Positions 42,111 to 51,275 of a DNA stretch of 57,902 nt are shown here, in pieces. The first letter of the stretch is position 1; each line of letters begins with the position of its first letter. The DNA is from a virus (taxonomy: Duplodnaviria; Heunggongvirae; Uroviricota; Caudoviricetes), in IMG/VR virus record IMGVR_UViG_2811995276_000001. The stretch is one strand, 5' to 3'. Position numbers and translations under genes: made by a program. A model generated the notes under the pieces. It ran no database searches. It had not been told where the DNA came from and saw only the letters and a list, made by a program, of their open reading frames with translations.

Positions 42111-42173
42111 TCAACTAAAACTTTTTGGGGTCATTCTCTGAGAGTTAACCCATATGATCCAATTATATTTGTG

Positions 42174-43382
42174 TTAGTTAAAGTTAATTAACTTAACAGA
42201 ATGGTTTATACCACCTAGGATTGACTTTTCAAAAGTTATTAATTTTTGTCCAGCCTTACCTCCAAATCTACCTGAAGCACTATAAGCGTCATGACCGATA
42301 GCACTAGGATTAACAATTACGGTGGTTATACCAAAATTCTTTTCAAAAGAATGATGTGTATGACCTAAGAAAATCCATTGAGGAACGTAATTAAGCATTT
42401 GACTTAATTTGTCTGAGCCGTTAAGCTGCTTATCTAAATCGCCATGGCCAAAAATAACACTTTGGTCAAAGATTTGAGCTTCAACGATTCCATCTTGGTC
42501 ATCATGATATGTAATATTTTCAAAGTTAGATAATCTTGCTTTAAGGTGCCATGAGATTATCTTCTCAAAATTCTCTTCGTTAGATCTTACGGCATCCTTA
42601 TTAGGAATTAATCTTCCATGATTACCTACGGTGAAATATACGTTAACATTAGGTGTAATTGCTGCTACTTCTGATACAAATTCTGTTAACAATTCACAAA
42701 GTATCATAAGCTGTCGTATAGCATCTTCAGAAGCGGCTACACGACTAGATACATGAATGTTTCCACCGATACCGTCACCTAAATGAGCTAAGTGTACAGT
42801 TTTATGTTTATTTTCTTTAATTTCTTTTAAAACCTCAGCCATATAATAACGTATTCGTTTTTTCGCAATGTCGATATTATATTTGCCGAAACGTCCATCG
42901 TATTCAGTGCCAATGTGCCAATCCGACATTAAAACAATTAATTCTTTTTCATTAGACTCAATAATTTCAGGCTTGGGATATGATGGATTAACAGGTAGGG
43001 CTTCAACATTCTTAATTATTTCATCTTTAAGATGTTCAAATCGTCCACTAAAATCTAAAAGCTTTCGATATTCTCTTCTTTGATCTTGAAGCATCTTAGT
43101 AATAGCACGATTTTTTTCATTCATTTTGATTTGCTCTTTAGTGAGCTCTTCAATAAATTCTTCTGGTTGGGTAGCTTGATGTTGTTCTTTAAACATAGGC
43201 TCCCAAACATTTTTAAATATCTGATATTCTTTTCTATATTTTGATTCATCATAGTCAGTACCATTCTCATGATTTAGTAAATCAGCAATTTGTTGATTAC
43301 TTAAGCCAAGTGATTCTCTGTCTTCATAGAGGCGGTACTGATACTCGGCAAATGACTCATTTTCTTTACGAAACATATTCAT
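42174..43382 (-). CDS. Calcineurin-like metallophosphoesterase with N-terminal HTH-like region (YonJ-like)
   Basis: SDWHIG, LGDG, GNHG, GHGD and GHTH motifs. Confidence 0.85.
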   Translation of the reverse strand: MNMFRKENESFAEYQYRLYEDRESLGLSNQQIADLLNHENGTDYDESKYRKEYQIFKNVWEPMFKEQHQATQPEEFIEELTKEQIKMNEKNRAITKMLQDQRREYRKLLDFSGRFEHLKDEIIKNVEALPVNPSYPKPEIIESNEKELIVLMSDWHIGTEYDGRFGKYNIDIAKKRIRYYMAEVLKEIKENKHKTVHLAHLGDGIGGNIHVSSRVAASEDAIRQLMILCELLTEFVSEVAAITPNVNVYFTVGNHGRLIPNKDAVRSNEENFEKIISWHLKARLSNFENITYHDDQDGIVEAQIFDQSVIFGHGDLDKQLNGSDKLSQMLNYVPQWIFLGHTHHSFEKNFGITTVIVNPSAIGHDAYSASGRFGGKAGQKLITFEKSILGGINHSVKLINFN

Positions 43383-43568
43383 CTATTCACCAGCATAAAG
43401 CTCTGTATCTTCCTTGATAGTGATTGTCACATATTTCTCAGCGAAACGGTCTAGAATATCTGATAATTTATAGGTTGCTTCAGAGTCTTTAGTAAATTCT
43501 GTAATTGTATTATTAGGTAAGTCAATAATTGCGTTTTTCAAGTTAATAGTATTAGTAATTTTAGCCAT
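43383..43568 (-). CDS. yonK: YonK family protein
   Basis: MAKITNTINLKNAIIDLPNNTITEFTKDSEATYKLSDILDRFAEKYVTITIKED; ATG at 43568 with AGGAG. Confidence 0.8.
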   Translation of the reverse strand: MAKITNTINLKNAIIDLPNNTITEFTKDSEATYKLSDILDRFAEKYVTITIKEDTELYAGE

Positions 43569-43584
43569 TATTATTCTCCTTATG

Positions 43585-43917
43585 TTAAACAATAGGTTTA
43601 ATAGTTTCATCTTTAAGTTGTTGCTTAAGTACTGATGAAACTTTAAATGAAACACGTTTGTGTGCGCCTACAGTCCAATCTTTACCATTTAAAGCAGATT
43701 TTCCTGATTTTTGTGGAATATCTTGAATTTTGAATTGTCCGAATGAAAACCCGAACGAATCATATCCACTTGATTCAGCAGCTAAAATTGCCTCTTCAAT
43801 AGTGCTTTCTAAAGCTAGAACTACTTTACGTGTTTTATCTAAAGATAATTCAACACCTAAGTCAGCCATTTGCTCTTGTAATTCTTTTACTAAAATTTTT
43901 CTTGATAACTTTGTCAT
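43585..43917 (-). CDS. HU-like DNA-binding protein (divergent)
   Basis: FGQFKIQDIPQKSGKSALNGKDWTVGAHKRVSFKVSSVLK arm pattern; position equivalent to SPbeta yonN. Confidence 0.85.
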   Translation of the reverse strand: MTKLSRKILVKELQEQMADLGVELSLDKTRKVVLALESTIEEAILAAESSGYDSFGFSFGQFKIQDIPQKSGKSALNGKDWTVGAHKRVSFKVSSVLKQQLKDETIKPIV

Positions 43918-43947
43918 TTAATCTCTCCTATAAAGTCCCGAATAATT

Positions 43948-44003
43948 TTGATTGGCAAAAAGTATATGTGAAGGTTACTCAGCCAATCAAGTGGTAACCT
44001 TCA
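43948..44003 (-). promoter_or_regulatory. Leader RNA pseudoknot or switch upstream of HU
   Basis: Interleaved perfect stems: 43969-43978 with 43994-44003 (10 bp) and 43948-43956 with 43982-43990 (9 bp). Confidence 0.6.
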
Positions 44004-44118
44004 ATTATGTTATATTTTATCTTTCTTAGAAGAACTAAAAGGGAATCTCAACGATTGTAAGTAGTCCTCTCACCTATATTGTCTACGAGAGAAGCAAAAG
44101 TTGCACGTATCACAAGAT

Positions 44119-45600
44119 TTATTGATTTTTTCTATTTCTACATGCTTTACAAACTGGTTCTAAACCCAAGCTGCAAGACTTGTTAGTTCTAAAATATCTG
44201 TTATCAACTGCAAGCTTCACAGTTTTACACTGTTTACAAGTTTTATACTTTCCTTTTCTTCTTTCAATCCATATCCAATCCTCTAATTGTTGCTCATACG
44301 TATCCAGAAGTAATTTTGGAATACGTTTATTAATTATCCTAGATAGTTTTGATTTATCAATAGCAATATTATAATCATCTTGTAAGATTTTTTGTATTTC
44401 AGTATGCTTATCAATTTCTTGATTCAACATTAAATCAATAATTATGTATTCAAGCTTATCCCATTTAACTTTTTGCACCAAATCTTCAAAGCTCCTTAAT
44501 AGAGACCACATATTAGTGTCAACTTGTGTCTCGTATGTAGCGCAAAGATCACTATAGTTGTTTAATAATACTTTGTACACATCAGTTGATCGTAGGCTTA
44601 AATAATTCCAAGACTCTTCAGGTATTGTTTCTGATAATTCAGCTGTAGGTGTAAAACTAATAACTTTCTTTAAGCATTCTAGCGATGTTCTCATTTCGCT
44701 TTTTAAGTTAGAAATAACCTTCCCTCTATTTGGAGTAAATGGCTGTTCCTCTAAGTATTGTATCTCTTTTAGATATTGCTTCATTATTTCAAATGCAAAC
44801 GTTTTGTATTCAATAGGGTCATGTGAGTAAAATGGGATATTATTTCTTTTATCAGGGGAGTAGCGTTCCCAGTATTGCTCCATTGATTCATCAAATACTC
44901 CTCGTTGCATTTGTTTATCTACTCTTGAATAATTGATAGTTGTTTTAGGTTTATACATACCACTATCGTTCGCAATTGCATCATCTATACTTTTAATGTT
45001 GTAGTGCTTAGGCAAACTTGAAAGCCGTTTAGTTTTTGAGTAAGGTGTATTCTTTCGCTGTGCTTTTTTAAATTCTAAGAGGTCTTTGATTTTTTCAGTT
45101 TTCTTACTTGCTTCAAGTTTCTTTAAGTCTTCTTTTATTTTTTTATGCTCTTCTTCTTGGATTTCGTTATCGAATTTTGTAAATAGTATATAATCAGCAA
45201 TTTTGTCTAACGTTTTAGTAAATCCACTATCTTCAGACAATGGGCTAGTAGTTGATTTAATTTGTTGAGAAATAAACTGATGGTCACTTACGATCTCAAT
45301 CATAGCACTTTCATCAATTCCTTTAGCAATTGCTTCTACTCTTTGTTCTCCATACTTTAGGGAATAATTACAACAGTTCATAAACTGTCTCCATATTTTA
45401 CGCTTTTTATTATCACGCTCAATCTTAAATGGAATTGGTTTTGCTTTTTTAATAATCATCCATGTATATTCGTCTAATCTACGAATCTTAATATATTTTT
45501 GAACCATGATGAATTCGCCTTTTTTTAGATTAGTTAATTCTTCTAATTTATATCCTAGCTCTTCAGCTTTTGTATTCATGTTTTCTTTTGTAATAAACAT
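44119..45600 (-). CDS. Hypothetical protein with a C-terminal HTH-like segment and Cys-rich (Zn) tail; possible late regulator
   Basis: HTEIQKILQDDYNIAIDKSKLSRIIN, then CKQC...C...CKAC. Confidence 0.6.
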   Translation of the reverse strand: MFITKENMNTKAEELGYKLEELTNLKKGEFIMVQKYIKIRRLDEYTWMIIKKAKPIPFKIERDNKKRKIWRQFMNCCNYSLKYGEQRVEAIAKGIDESAMIEIVSDHQFISQQIKSTTSPLSEDSGFTKTLDKIADYILFTKFDNEIQEEEHKKIKEDLKKLEASKKTEKIKDLLEFKKAQRKNTPYSKTKRLSSLPKHYNIKSIDDAIANDSGMYKPKTTINYSRVDKQMQRGVFDESMEQYWERYSPDKRNNIPFYSHDPIEYKTFAFEIMKQYLKEIQYLEEQPFTPNRGKVISNLKSEMRTSLECLKKVISFTPTAELSETIPEESWNYLSLRSTDVYKVLLNNYSDLCATYETQVDTNMWSLLRSFEDLVQKVKWDKLEYIIIDLMLNQEIDKHTEIQKILQDDYNIAIDKSKLSRIINKRIPKLLLDTYEQQLEDWIWIERRKGKYKTCKQCKTVKLAVDNRYFRTNKSCSLGLEPVCKACRNRKNQ

Positions 45601-45630
45601 TTCCTAAAACTCCTTTGAATTTATAATTCG

Positions 45631-45688
45631 ATTATAATATATTTTATCTTTCTTGTCAAGTAGTTTTTGTTATGTTATAATTTATCTT
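45631..45688. promoter_or_regulatory. Back-to-back sigma-A promoters with overlapping -35 boxes and two motif copies
   Basis: Minus: TTGACA(45659-45654)-17-TATAAT(45636-45631). Plus: TTGTCA(45653-45658)-17-TATAAT(45676-45681) with an extended TG. Confidence 0.85.
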
Positions 45689-45714
45689 GTTAAATATTAG
45701 AAAAGGATGATTGT

Positions 45715-47994
45715 ATGGTAAAAACTTTTAAAGAATTTGAAGAGGAGCTTATTGTAACAAAACAGTTATTTTATAACGAGGGCAGTATGTATGGTGCTTA
45801 TGGATTTAGGTTTAATAATTCACCAAATACTCATGTTAAGGTTCATCCAGTTTATAATAATTTCACTATAGTTGGTAATACTCCAGCTTTAGTAGAAGGT
45901 AAAACGTACACTATTCGATTTAAAGAAGACTATGATGAAAGGCGACAGATGGACACATATACATTTTTAGAAGTAAAATCTGACGGTTTAAAAGATGGAA
46001 AAGATCAAGAAAGGTTTTTGCATGAAATACTTACTACTAAACAAGCAAAATCAATTATAAGAGAGTTTGGAAATGAAGATATTATTAATAGAATTTTGGA
46101 AGATAAAATTGATTTAACACTTGTTAAAGGTATTAAGACGGCACTAGCCACAAATATCAAGTTAAAACTGGCTGACGCACATAAATATAGTGAAGCTATT
46201 GTTAAATTATCATCGCTTGGTGTTGGTGTTTCAAATGTGGTCAAGCTTTCTGAACATTTTGGGAGCCCTGAAATGTTGATTAAAGTAACGGATAAAAATA
46301 TTTATAAATTAACTGATGTAAAAGGGTTTGGTTTTAAAAGAGTTGATGACTACGCCTTGAAGACAGGAATCCAAAAAGGTGACTCTAGAAGAATCATAGC
46401 GGGGTCATTGTATGTTATAGAACAACTTGTTTCATATGGTGATACAAAAATTGAAATAGACGATTTTGAGAAGAGCTTATGTGACATTCTTGATATAGAA
46501 GAAGTGTCGGATGATGTATTTAGCAAAATAATGTCTAATAAACAGATTTATTATAGTGAAGGTGTCATTTCACTTAAAAAGTATAAAGTTGAAGAAGAAT
46601 TAATAGTTAAACATTTGAGAAGGTTACGTGATAATTTTGATTTTAATATTGATAAAAACATTGAAGCGATTATAGAGTCTGTACAAGATAAACAAGGTTT
46701 TAAGTTTAATAAAGAGCAAATTGAGGGAATTAAAAACTCTTTAAAAAATGGTATTTTCATATTAGATGGTAAAGCAGGATCAGGGAAATCAAGTTTATTA
46801 CGTGCAACAGTATCATGTATAGAAGGCTACAATATGTCATGTAGTTTATCTGGTAAGGCAGCAAATGTTTTAAGCCAAAATGGTTTGGCTGCAAGTACAA
46901 TACATAGGATGCTAAAATTTGATCCTGTCTCAGGTGGTTTCATACATAATCAAGAAAATCCTTTACTTAAAGGCACATATATTTTAGACGAAGCATCAAT
47001 GGTTGATAATAGATTATTCTTAGACTTGATTTCCGCTTTACCCAACGGATCTCAATTAATAATTGTGGGGGACAGTGGACAATTACCAGCTATCGGCAGA
47101 GGGGCGGTTTTTGATTATCTACTAACAAGTACAGAATTTGTTAATACAACGTTAACTCAGGTACATAGACAAGCGAAAGATTCAGGTACTCTAAGTACTG
47201 CTAACCTGGTAAGAGAAGGAAAGCAATTTTGTAATTATAATGATACTGGTTTACAAAAGCTTGGTGAAAATGAAGATTTGTTTGCCTTTTTGTACCAAGA
47301 TAAAACACAAATACTTGACGATATTTTATTTACAGTAAAAAGCTATGTCAATAACCCAAATATGAATAATGAAGACTTACAAGTTATAGTTGGTCTTAAG
47401 GAAAAAGGCTCTACTTCGGTACAGAAGTTAAATGTAGAATTACAAAATTTAATGAACCCGATTAGCGATACAGAAGATACAGTTAAGGGTGTTAAATACA
47501 ACTTTAGAAAGAATGATAGGGTAATTCAACAAGGGAATAACTATCGAGCTTTAAGTATGAATAAAAATGATTTTGAGGCACTTACAAATGGGCTATTAAC
47601 ACTTGAAGAAATAGAAACTAAAGAAGTTGCAGTTTTTAACGGCACTTTTGGTAAAATTGTTGGTTGTGTTGAGGGATATGGTTTATTAATAAAATTTGAT
47701 GACATTGAAAAACCTGTTTATTTTGTTAAGAATGAGCATGAAAATCAAATAGGTGTGCTAGATCTCGGTTATGCAATTAGTGTGCATAGATCACAAGGAA
47801 GTGGTTTTAAAAATTTGATAATCGCACTATCTTTCAATGACTATATGCTATTAAGTAAACAATTTTTATATACTGCATTAACTAGAACTATTAGTAAATG
47901 TTTTCTGTTTGCAGAAACTTCAGCGTTACATTATGCAATAAAAACAGATAAAGGTAAGACAAGAAAATGCTTTATTGGTGAATTTTTAAAATAG
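45715..47994 (+). CDS. recD2: RecD2-like SF1B helicase
   Basis: GKAGSGKS, ILDEASMVD, VGDSGQLPAIG, LTQVHRQ and YAISVHRSQGS motifs. Confidence 0.92.
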   Translation: MVKTFKEFEEELIVTKQLFYNEGSMYGAYGFRFNNSPNTHVKVHPVYNNFTIVGNTPALVEGKTYTIRFKEDYDERRQMDTYTFLEVKSDGLKDGKDQERFLHEILTTKQAKSIIREFGNEDIINRILEDKIDLTLVKGIKTALATNIKLKLADAHKYSEAIVKLSSLGVGVSNVVKLSEHFGSPEMLIKVTDKNIYKLTDVKGFGFKRVDDYALKTGIQKGDSRRIIAGSLYVIEQLVSYGDTKIEIDDFEKSLCDILDIEEVSDDVFSKIMSNKQIYYSEGVISLKKYKVEEELIVKHLRRLRDNFDFNIDKNIEAIIESVQDKQGFKFNKEQIEGIKNSLKNGIFILDGKAGSGKSSLLRATVSCIEGYNMSCSLSGKAANVLSQNGLAASTIHRMLKFDPVSGGFIHNQENPLLKGTYILDEASMVDNRLFLDLISALPNGSQLIIVGDSGQLPAIGRGAVFDYLLTSTEFVNTTLTQVHRQAKDSGTLSTANLVREGKQFCNYNDTGLQKLGENEDLFAFLYQDKTQILDDILFTVKSYVNNPNMNNEDLQVIVGLKEKGSTSVQKLNVELQNLMNPISDTEDTVKGVKYNFRKNDRVIQQGNNYRALSMNKNDFEALTNGLLTLEEIETKEVAVFNGTFGKIVGCVEGYGLLIKFDDIEKPVYFVKNEHENQIGVLDLGYAISVHRSQGSGFKNLIIALSFNDYMLLSKQFLYTALTRTISKCFLFAETSALHYAIKTDKGKTRKCFIGEFLK

Positions 47995-48015
47995 ACAAGG
48001 AAGATAAAATATAAC

Positions 48016-48909
48016 ATGAAAAATAATGAGAATTATAAGTTTTTACTTAAAGACAGTGAGCTAATTACTTTGAGAAAAGAAATTTTTAAGAATAGGGATT
48101 CTAATCATAGAGTCCTTATTCCTAATGAGTTTATGGAGTATCTTGATACTGTGGATGGAACACACAGGTTTAAAGCAAACATATTAGTAGCCTATATAGG
48201 AATTATATTAACGTATAGAGAGGCTTATTACACATATAGGAAACATCATATAAATTTGGAAGTTATATGTCAGGTTATGGGGATAAGGTTTTCCGACGAA
48301 TTACGAAAAGTTTTTCAAAAAGGAGAATATCTCGAAAAAAACCATTTTATAGGCTATGAGAGAGACTTTCCTATTTCATATAACTTTTCATATAAAGAAA
48401 ATGAAGGTAAACGTGAATACTTTATTAGATACAATATGGCTTCTGAATTATCAGATGAAGTAGCAAAAGATACTATATATGATTATGCAAGTAGACAATT
48501 AAGGTCTATTAACCCAATTAGACATACTAAAGGTATAACACGTAAGCGCGGTAGAGGCGTGCAGGTAATTGCGCCACCTATAGATGTAAAAGCTGATAAA
48601 TATATAAGCATTAACTATGAAACTATACGAGACTTTATAAATAACGAGTTAAGTTTGAACACATTTTTTTATATAGCTAGATTAAAAAAACTAATCTGTA
48701 ACAAAATAGTTAAAACCAAAACTGAATTTAGAACGTCAAGGAAAAGATTGGCGGCCTATATGAATATTTCTATAAAAACATTTGAAAAGTCTCATATTGA
48801 ATTAAAAAAATATACTAAAGGGAAATATGAGCTTGTACAAATAGCCAAAGCTGATAAAGATGGTGGGTTAAAAAGTAGTGTATTTTTGAAATTGGAGTGC
48901 CAATTATAA
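48016..48909 (+). CDS. Hypothetical basic protein, possibly a wHTH replication initiator
   Basis: Follows the helicase and precedes an origin-like spacer. C-terminal SRKRLAAYMNISIKTFEKSHIEL is HTH-like. Confidence 0.5.
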   Translation: MKNNENYKFLLKDSELITLRKEIFKNRDSNHRVLIPNEFMEYLDTVDGTHRFKANILVAYIGIILTYREAYYTYRKHHINLEVICQVMGIRFSDELRKVFQKGEYLEKNHFIGYERDFPISYNFSYKENEGKREYFIRYNMASELSDEVAKDTIYDYASRQLRSINPIRHTKGITRKRGRGVQVIAPPIDVKADKYISINYETIRDFINNELSLNTFFYIARLKKLICNKIVKTKTEFRTSRKRLAAYMNISIKTFEKSHIELKKYTKGKYELVQIAKADKDGGLKSSVFLKLECQL

Positions 48910-48914
48910 ACTTT

Positions 48915-49260
48915 TAAATTACTGTTGCCAAAGGGTTTGCAGGATTTAATTAAGAAACCCCCTAATTTTTTACGTACCTAAAAAGAGTCAACAAGTATAT
49001 ATATATTGTTATGTGCAACAAAGTACTCTCAAACAAAAGGTGCGTATAAAATTGGAGCCCTTATGGTAAAAGTTATCAATATAAATGGTTTAGAAATCCT
49101 TATATATCAATGGTTTATAAGTGTTTTTTAGTAACACTATTAAGAAATTAGAAACTATTAGACCTTAGAAACATCGCTTCGTCACTAACGTTCCTTGCTA
49201 GTTTCTTTCCACATGCTCAAGCTTCGCTTAGAGCTAGTGGGTTAGCGCAATAGATTTATA
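48915..49260. other. Origin-like non-coding region
   Basis: 18-bp imperfect IR (48962-48979/49038-49055, 15/18) around a (TA)n core, repeated atcaat..ggttta motifs and small hairpins. Confidence 0.4.
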
Positions 49261-49587
49261 CTTGTCAGAGGACTTATTAACACAATAAAAAGTTATTTAT
49301 CTATAAAAATATAGAGAATTAAACGTATTGTATAGGGTTATGAAAAGCACTAATTATGAGATTGATATAACTTAAATTTAGTTATAGAGGACATTTAAAA
49401 AGATAAAATATAACACAAAACTAAAATAACAACATAGAGGCTGCTCACACAACGATAATGCTTTTGAATAGTATTTGTCCAAAAAATATTTTTTGTCGAT
49501 TAGAGAGCGTCTGAGAGGGTTTAGAAATGATTTTAAAGTAGATAGCTGACACGAATAGATAATTTGAGAGTTCCTGGAGGAGATATT

Positions 49588-49932
49588 ATGAAAAATATTA
49601 AAGAGTATGATTGGATTTTTAGAGGGTTTGGATTTATCGTCGGTTTAGAAGTAAAAAAGACAATAGGTTCAAGTAGTTACCAAGCTATGGTTACTGGTTA
49701 TGTTTTTTCAAAAACTGAACAAGATTTAACTCTGAATTACTGTCTAAAGAAATGGAATAAGGATCGTATGGAATACACAGAGACTCATAGTATATTACTA
49801 ACTCCCAACTACATATGCAATTTTCTAATAAAACAAAACAAGGGTTACCCAATAAGTAAAGATTTTTTAAAAGATGACTTAATATTACTTGTTAGAAAGC
49901 TTCTCAATAAAAGACTAAGTTATCTAAAATAA
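49588..49932 (+). CDS. Hypothetical protein
   Basis: ATG at 49588 with GGAGG; followed by a hairpin at 49936-49969. Confidence 0.7.
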   Translation: MKNIKEYDWIFRGFGFIVGLEVKKTIGSSSYQAMVTGYVFSKTEQDLTLNYCLKKWNKDRMEYTETHSILLTPNYICNFLIKQNKGYPISKDFLKDDLILLVRKLLNKRLSYLK

Positions 49933-50243
49933 AATTTAGCCCCCTTATTATTTTAAATAAAGGGACTAACTACTAAAATTAATCAGAGAAATTAAGAAAA
50001 AAATGTAAGAATAAAAAGAAAAATAGGGTAGTCGTTATACATATAACGCCTATTTACATGATACATTAATCTTTTAGTGTGTGCAATAGTAGTCGTAAAC
50101 CAATTGAATTATAGTTATTATGAAAAAATATATTAAGGATTAATAAGTGATTTGAATCAGCTTTATTAATGTGTTTTGACTATAAAACATTAATAATATA
50201 TTATGATTTTATAAGATTAAAATAATTCTAAAGGGGTAATAGC

Positions 50244-50807
50244 ATGAAATACTTTAAATCATTTTCCTTATACATATCAGTAATTATGCTTGCTTTATTA
50301 GTTAGTGCATGTGGACAAAGCAAGCATGAAGTAATAGTTTATGGTGATTTCAATTGTCCTCATTGTAAAGACTTTGAACAAAAAATTATGCCTAAATTGA
50401 CAAAAGACTACATAGAGAAAGATAAAGTGAAATTTACCTTTGTTAATGTTGCCTTTTTAGACAAGAGTTCTGAATTGGGTGCAGCAGCATCTTATGCAGT
50501 TAAAGAAAAGGCTCCAAATAAGTTTTTAAAATTTAATCAAATGATTTTTGAGCAACAAGGTAAAGAAGAAATTAATGAGAAAAATTTAGATAAACAAATT
50601 GATAAACTAGGTCTAAGCGATAAAGATTCAAATAACATAAAAGAAGAATATAAAAATAAACATAGTAAAGTTTGGGATAAAGTTGAGAGTGATCAAAAAC
50701 GAGCAGACAAGGATCATATTAAAGAAGTGCCTACAGTAAAAATCGATGATGAAAAAGTAAAAGATGTTTATGATTATGATTCTATTAAGAAAATGTTAGA
50801 TGAATGA
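50244..50807 (+). CDS. dsbA: DsbA-family thiol-disulfide oxidoreductase lipoprotein
   Basis: Lipobox LVSAC, YGDFNCPHC active site, cis-Pro VPT; staphylococcal DsbA-like throughout. Confidence 0.92.
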   Translation: MKYFKSFSLYISVIMLALLVSACGQSKHEVIVYGDFNCPHCKDFEQKIMPKLTKDYIEKDKVKFTFVNVAFLDKSSELGAAASYAVKEKAPNKFLKFNQMIFEQQGKEEINEKNLDKQIDKLGLSDKDSNNIKEEYKNKHSKVWDKVESDQKRADKDHIKEVPTVKIDDEKVKDVYDYDSIKKMLDE

Positions 50808-50811
50808 GTAG

Positions 50812-51039
50812 GTGATTAAATTCAAGTATCTAGTAAAAGCAATCTATTTAATTTTATTTATATTAATGATTCAATATTTAGTAAAGAATAATCATTACAT
50901 CGCAACAGTTATGTTCACATTGATTTCGCTAGGAATACTTATAGCAATAGAAAATTACTTCAACAAGAAAAAATATAGAGATAAAAAAATAAGTAGGTTT
51001 GAAGTCGACAAAGTTTATATTTGTTGGCTTTTTCAATAA
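50812..51039 (+). CDS. Small two-TM membrane protein
   Basis: Two hydrophobic helices plus a basic tail; 4 nt after dsbA. Confidence 0.6.
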   Translation: MIKFKYLVKAIYLILFILMIQYLVKNNHYIATVMFTLISLGILIAIENYFNKKKYRDKKISRFEVDKVYICWLFQ

Positions 51040-51040
51040 A

Positions 51041-51074
51041 TAAGGCAAGTAAACATGATGGTTAACTTGCCTTA
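51041..51074. terminator. Bidirectional terminator between convergent units
   Basis: 10-bp perfect stem taaggcaagt/acttgcctta. Confidence 0.75.
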
Positions 51075-51080
51075 AAATTA

Positions 51081-51272
51081 TTATTTGTTATTATCCTTTT
51101 CTTTATCAAAGATAGTGCTGATACCCAAGGTGTCTTTAAATAAATACAAGAAAAACATAATAGCAGGTGGGGCAATAAAAAAGATAGCCATAAGACCAAA
51201 TAAAATAGGAGCTGCTATTGAAATAAGAACGATCCCAATGGCTAGAATCGTCATAAACTTAACGTAACTCAT
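51081..51272 (-). CDS. Small two-TM protein, putative bacteriocin immunity
   Basis: 63 aa, hydrophobic, 3 nt downstream of the pro-bacteriocin. Confidence 0.6.
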   Translation of the reverse strand: MSYVKFMTILAIGIVLISIAAPILFGLMAIFFIAPPAIMFFLYLFKDTLGISTIFDKEKDNNK

Positions 51273-51275
51273 GTC

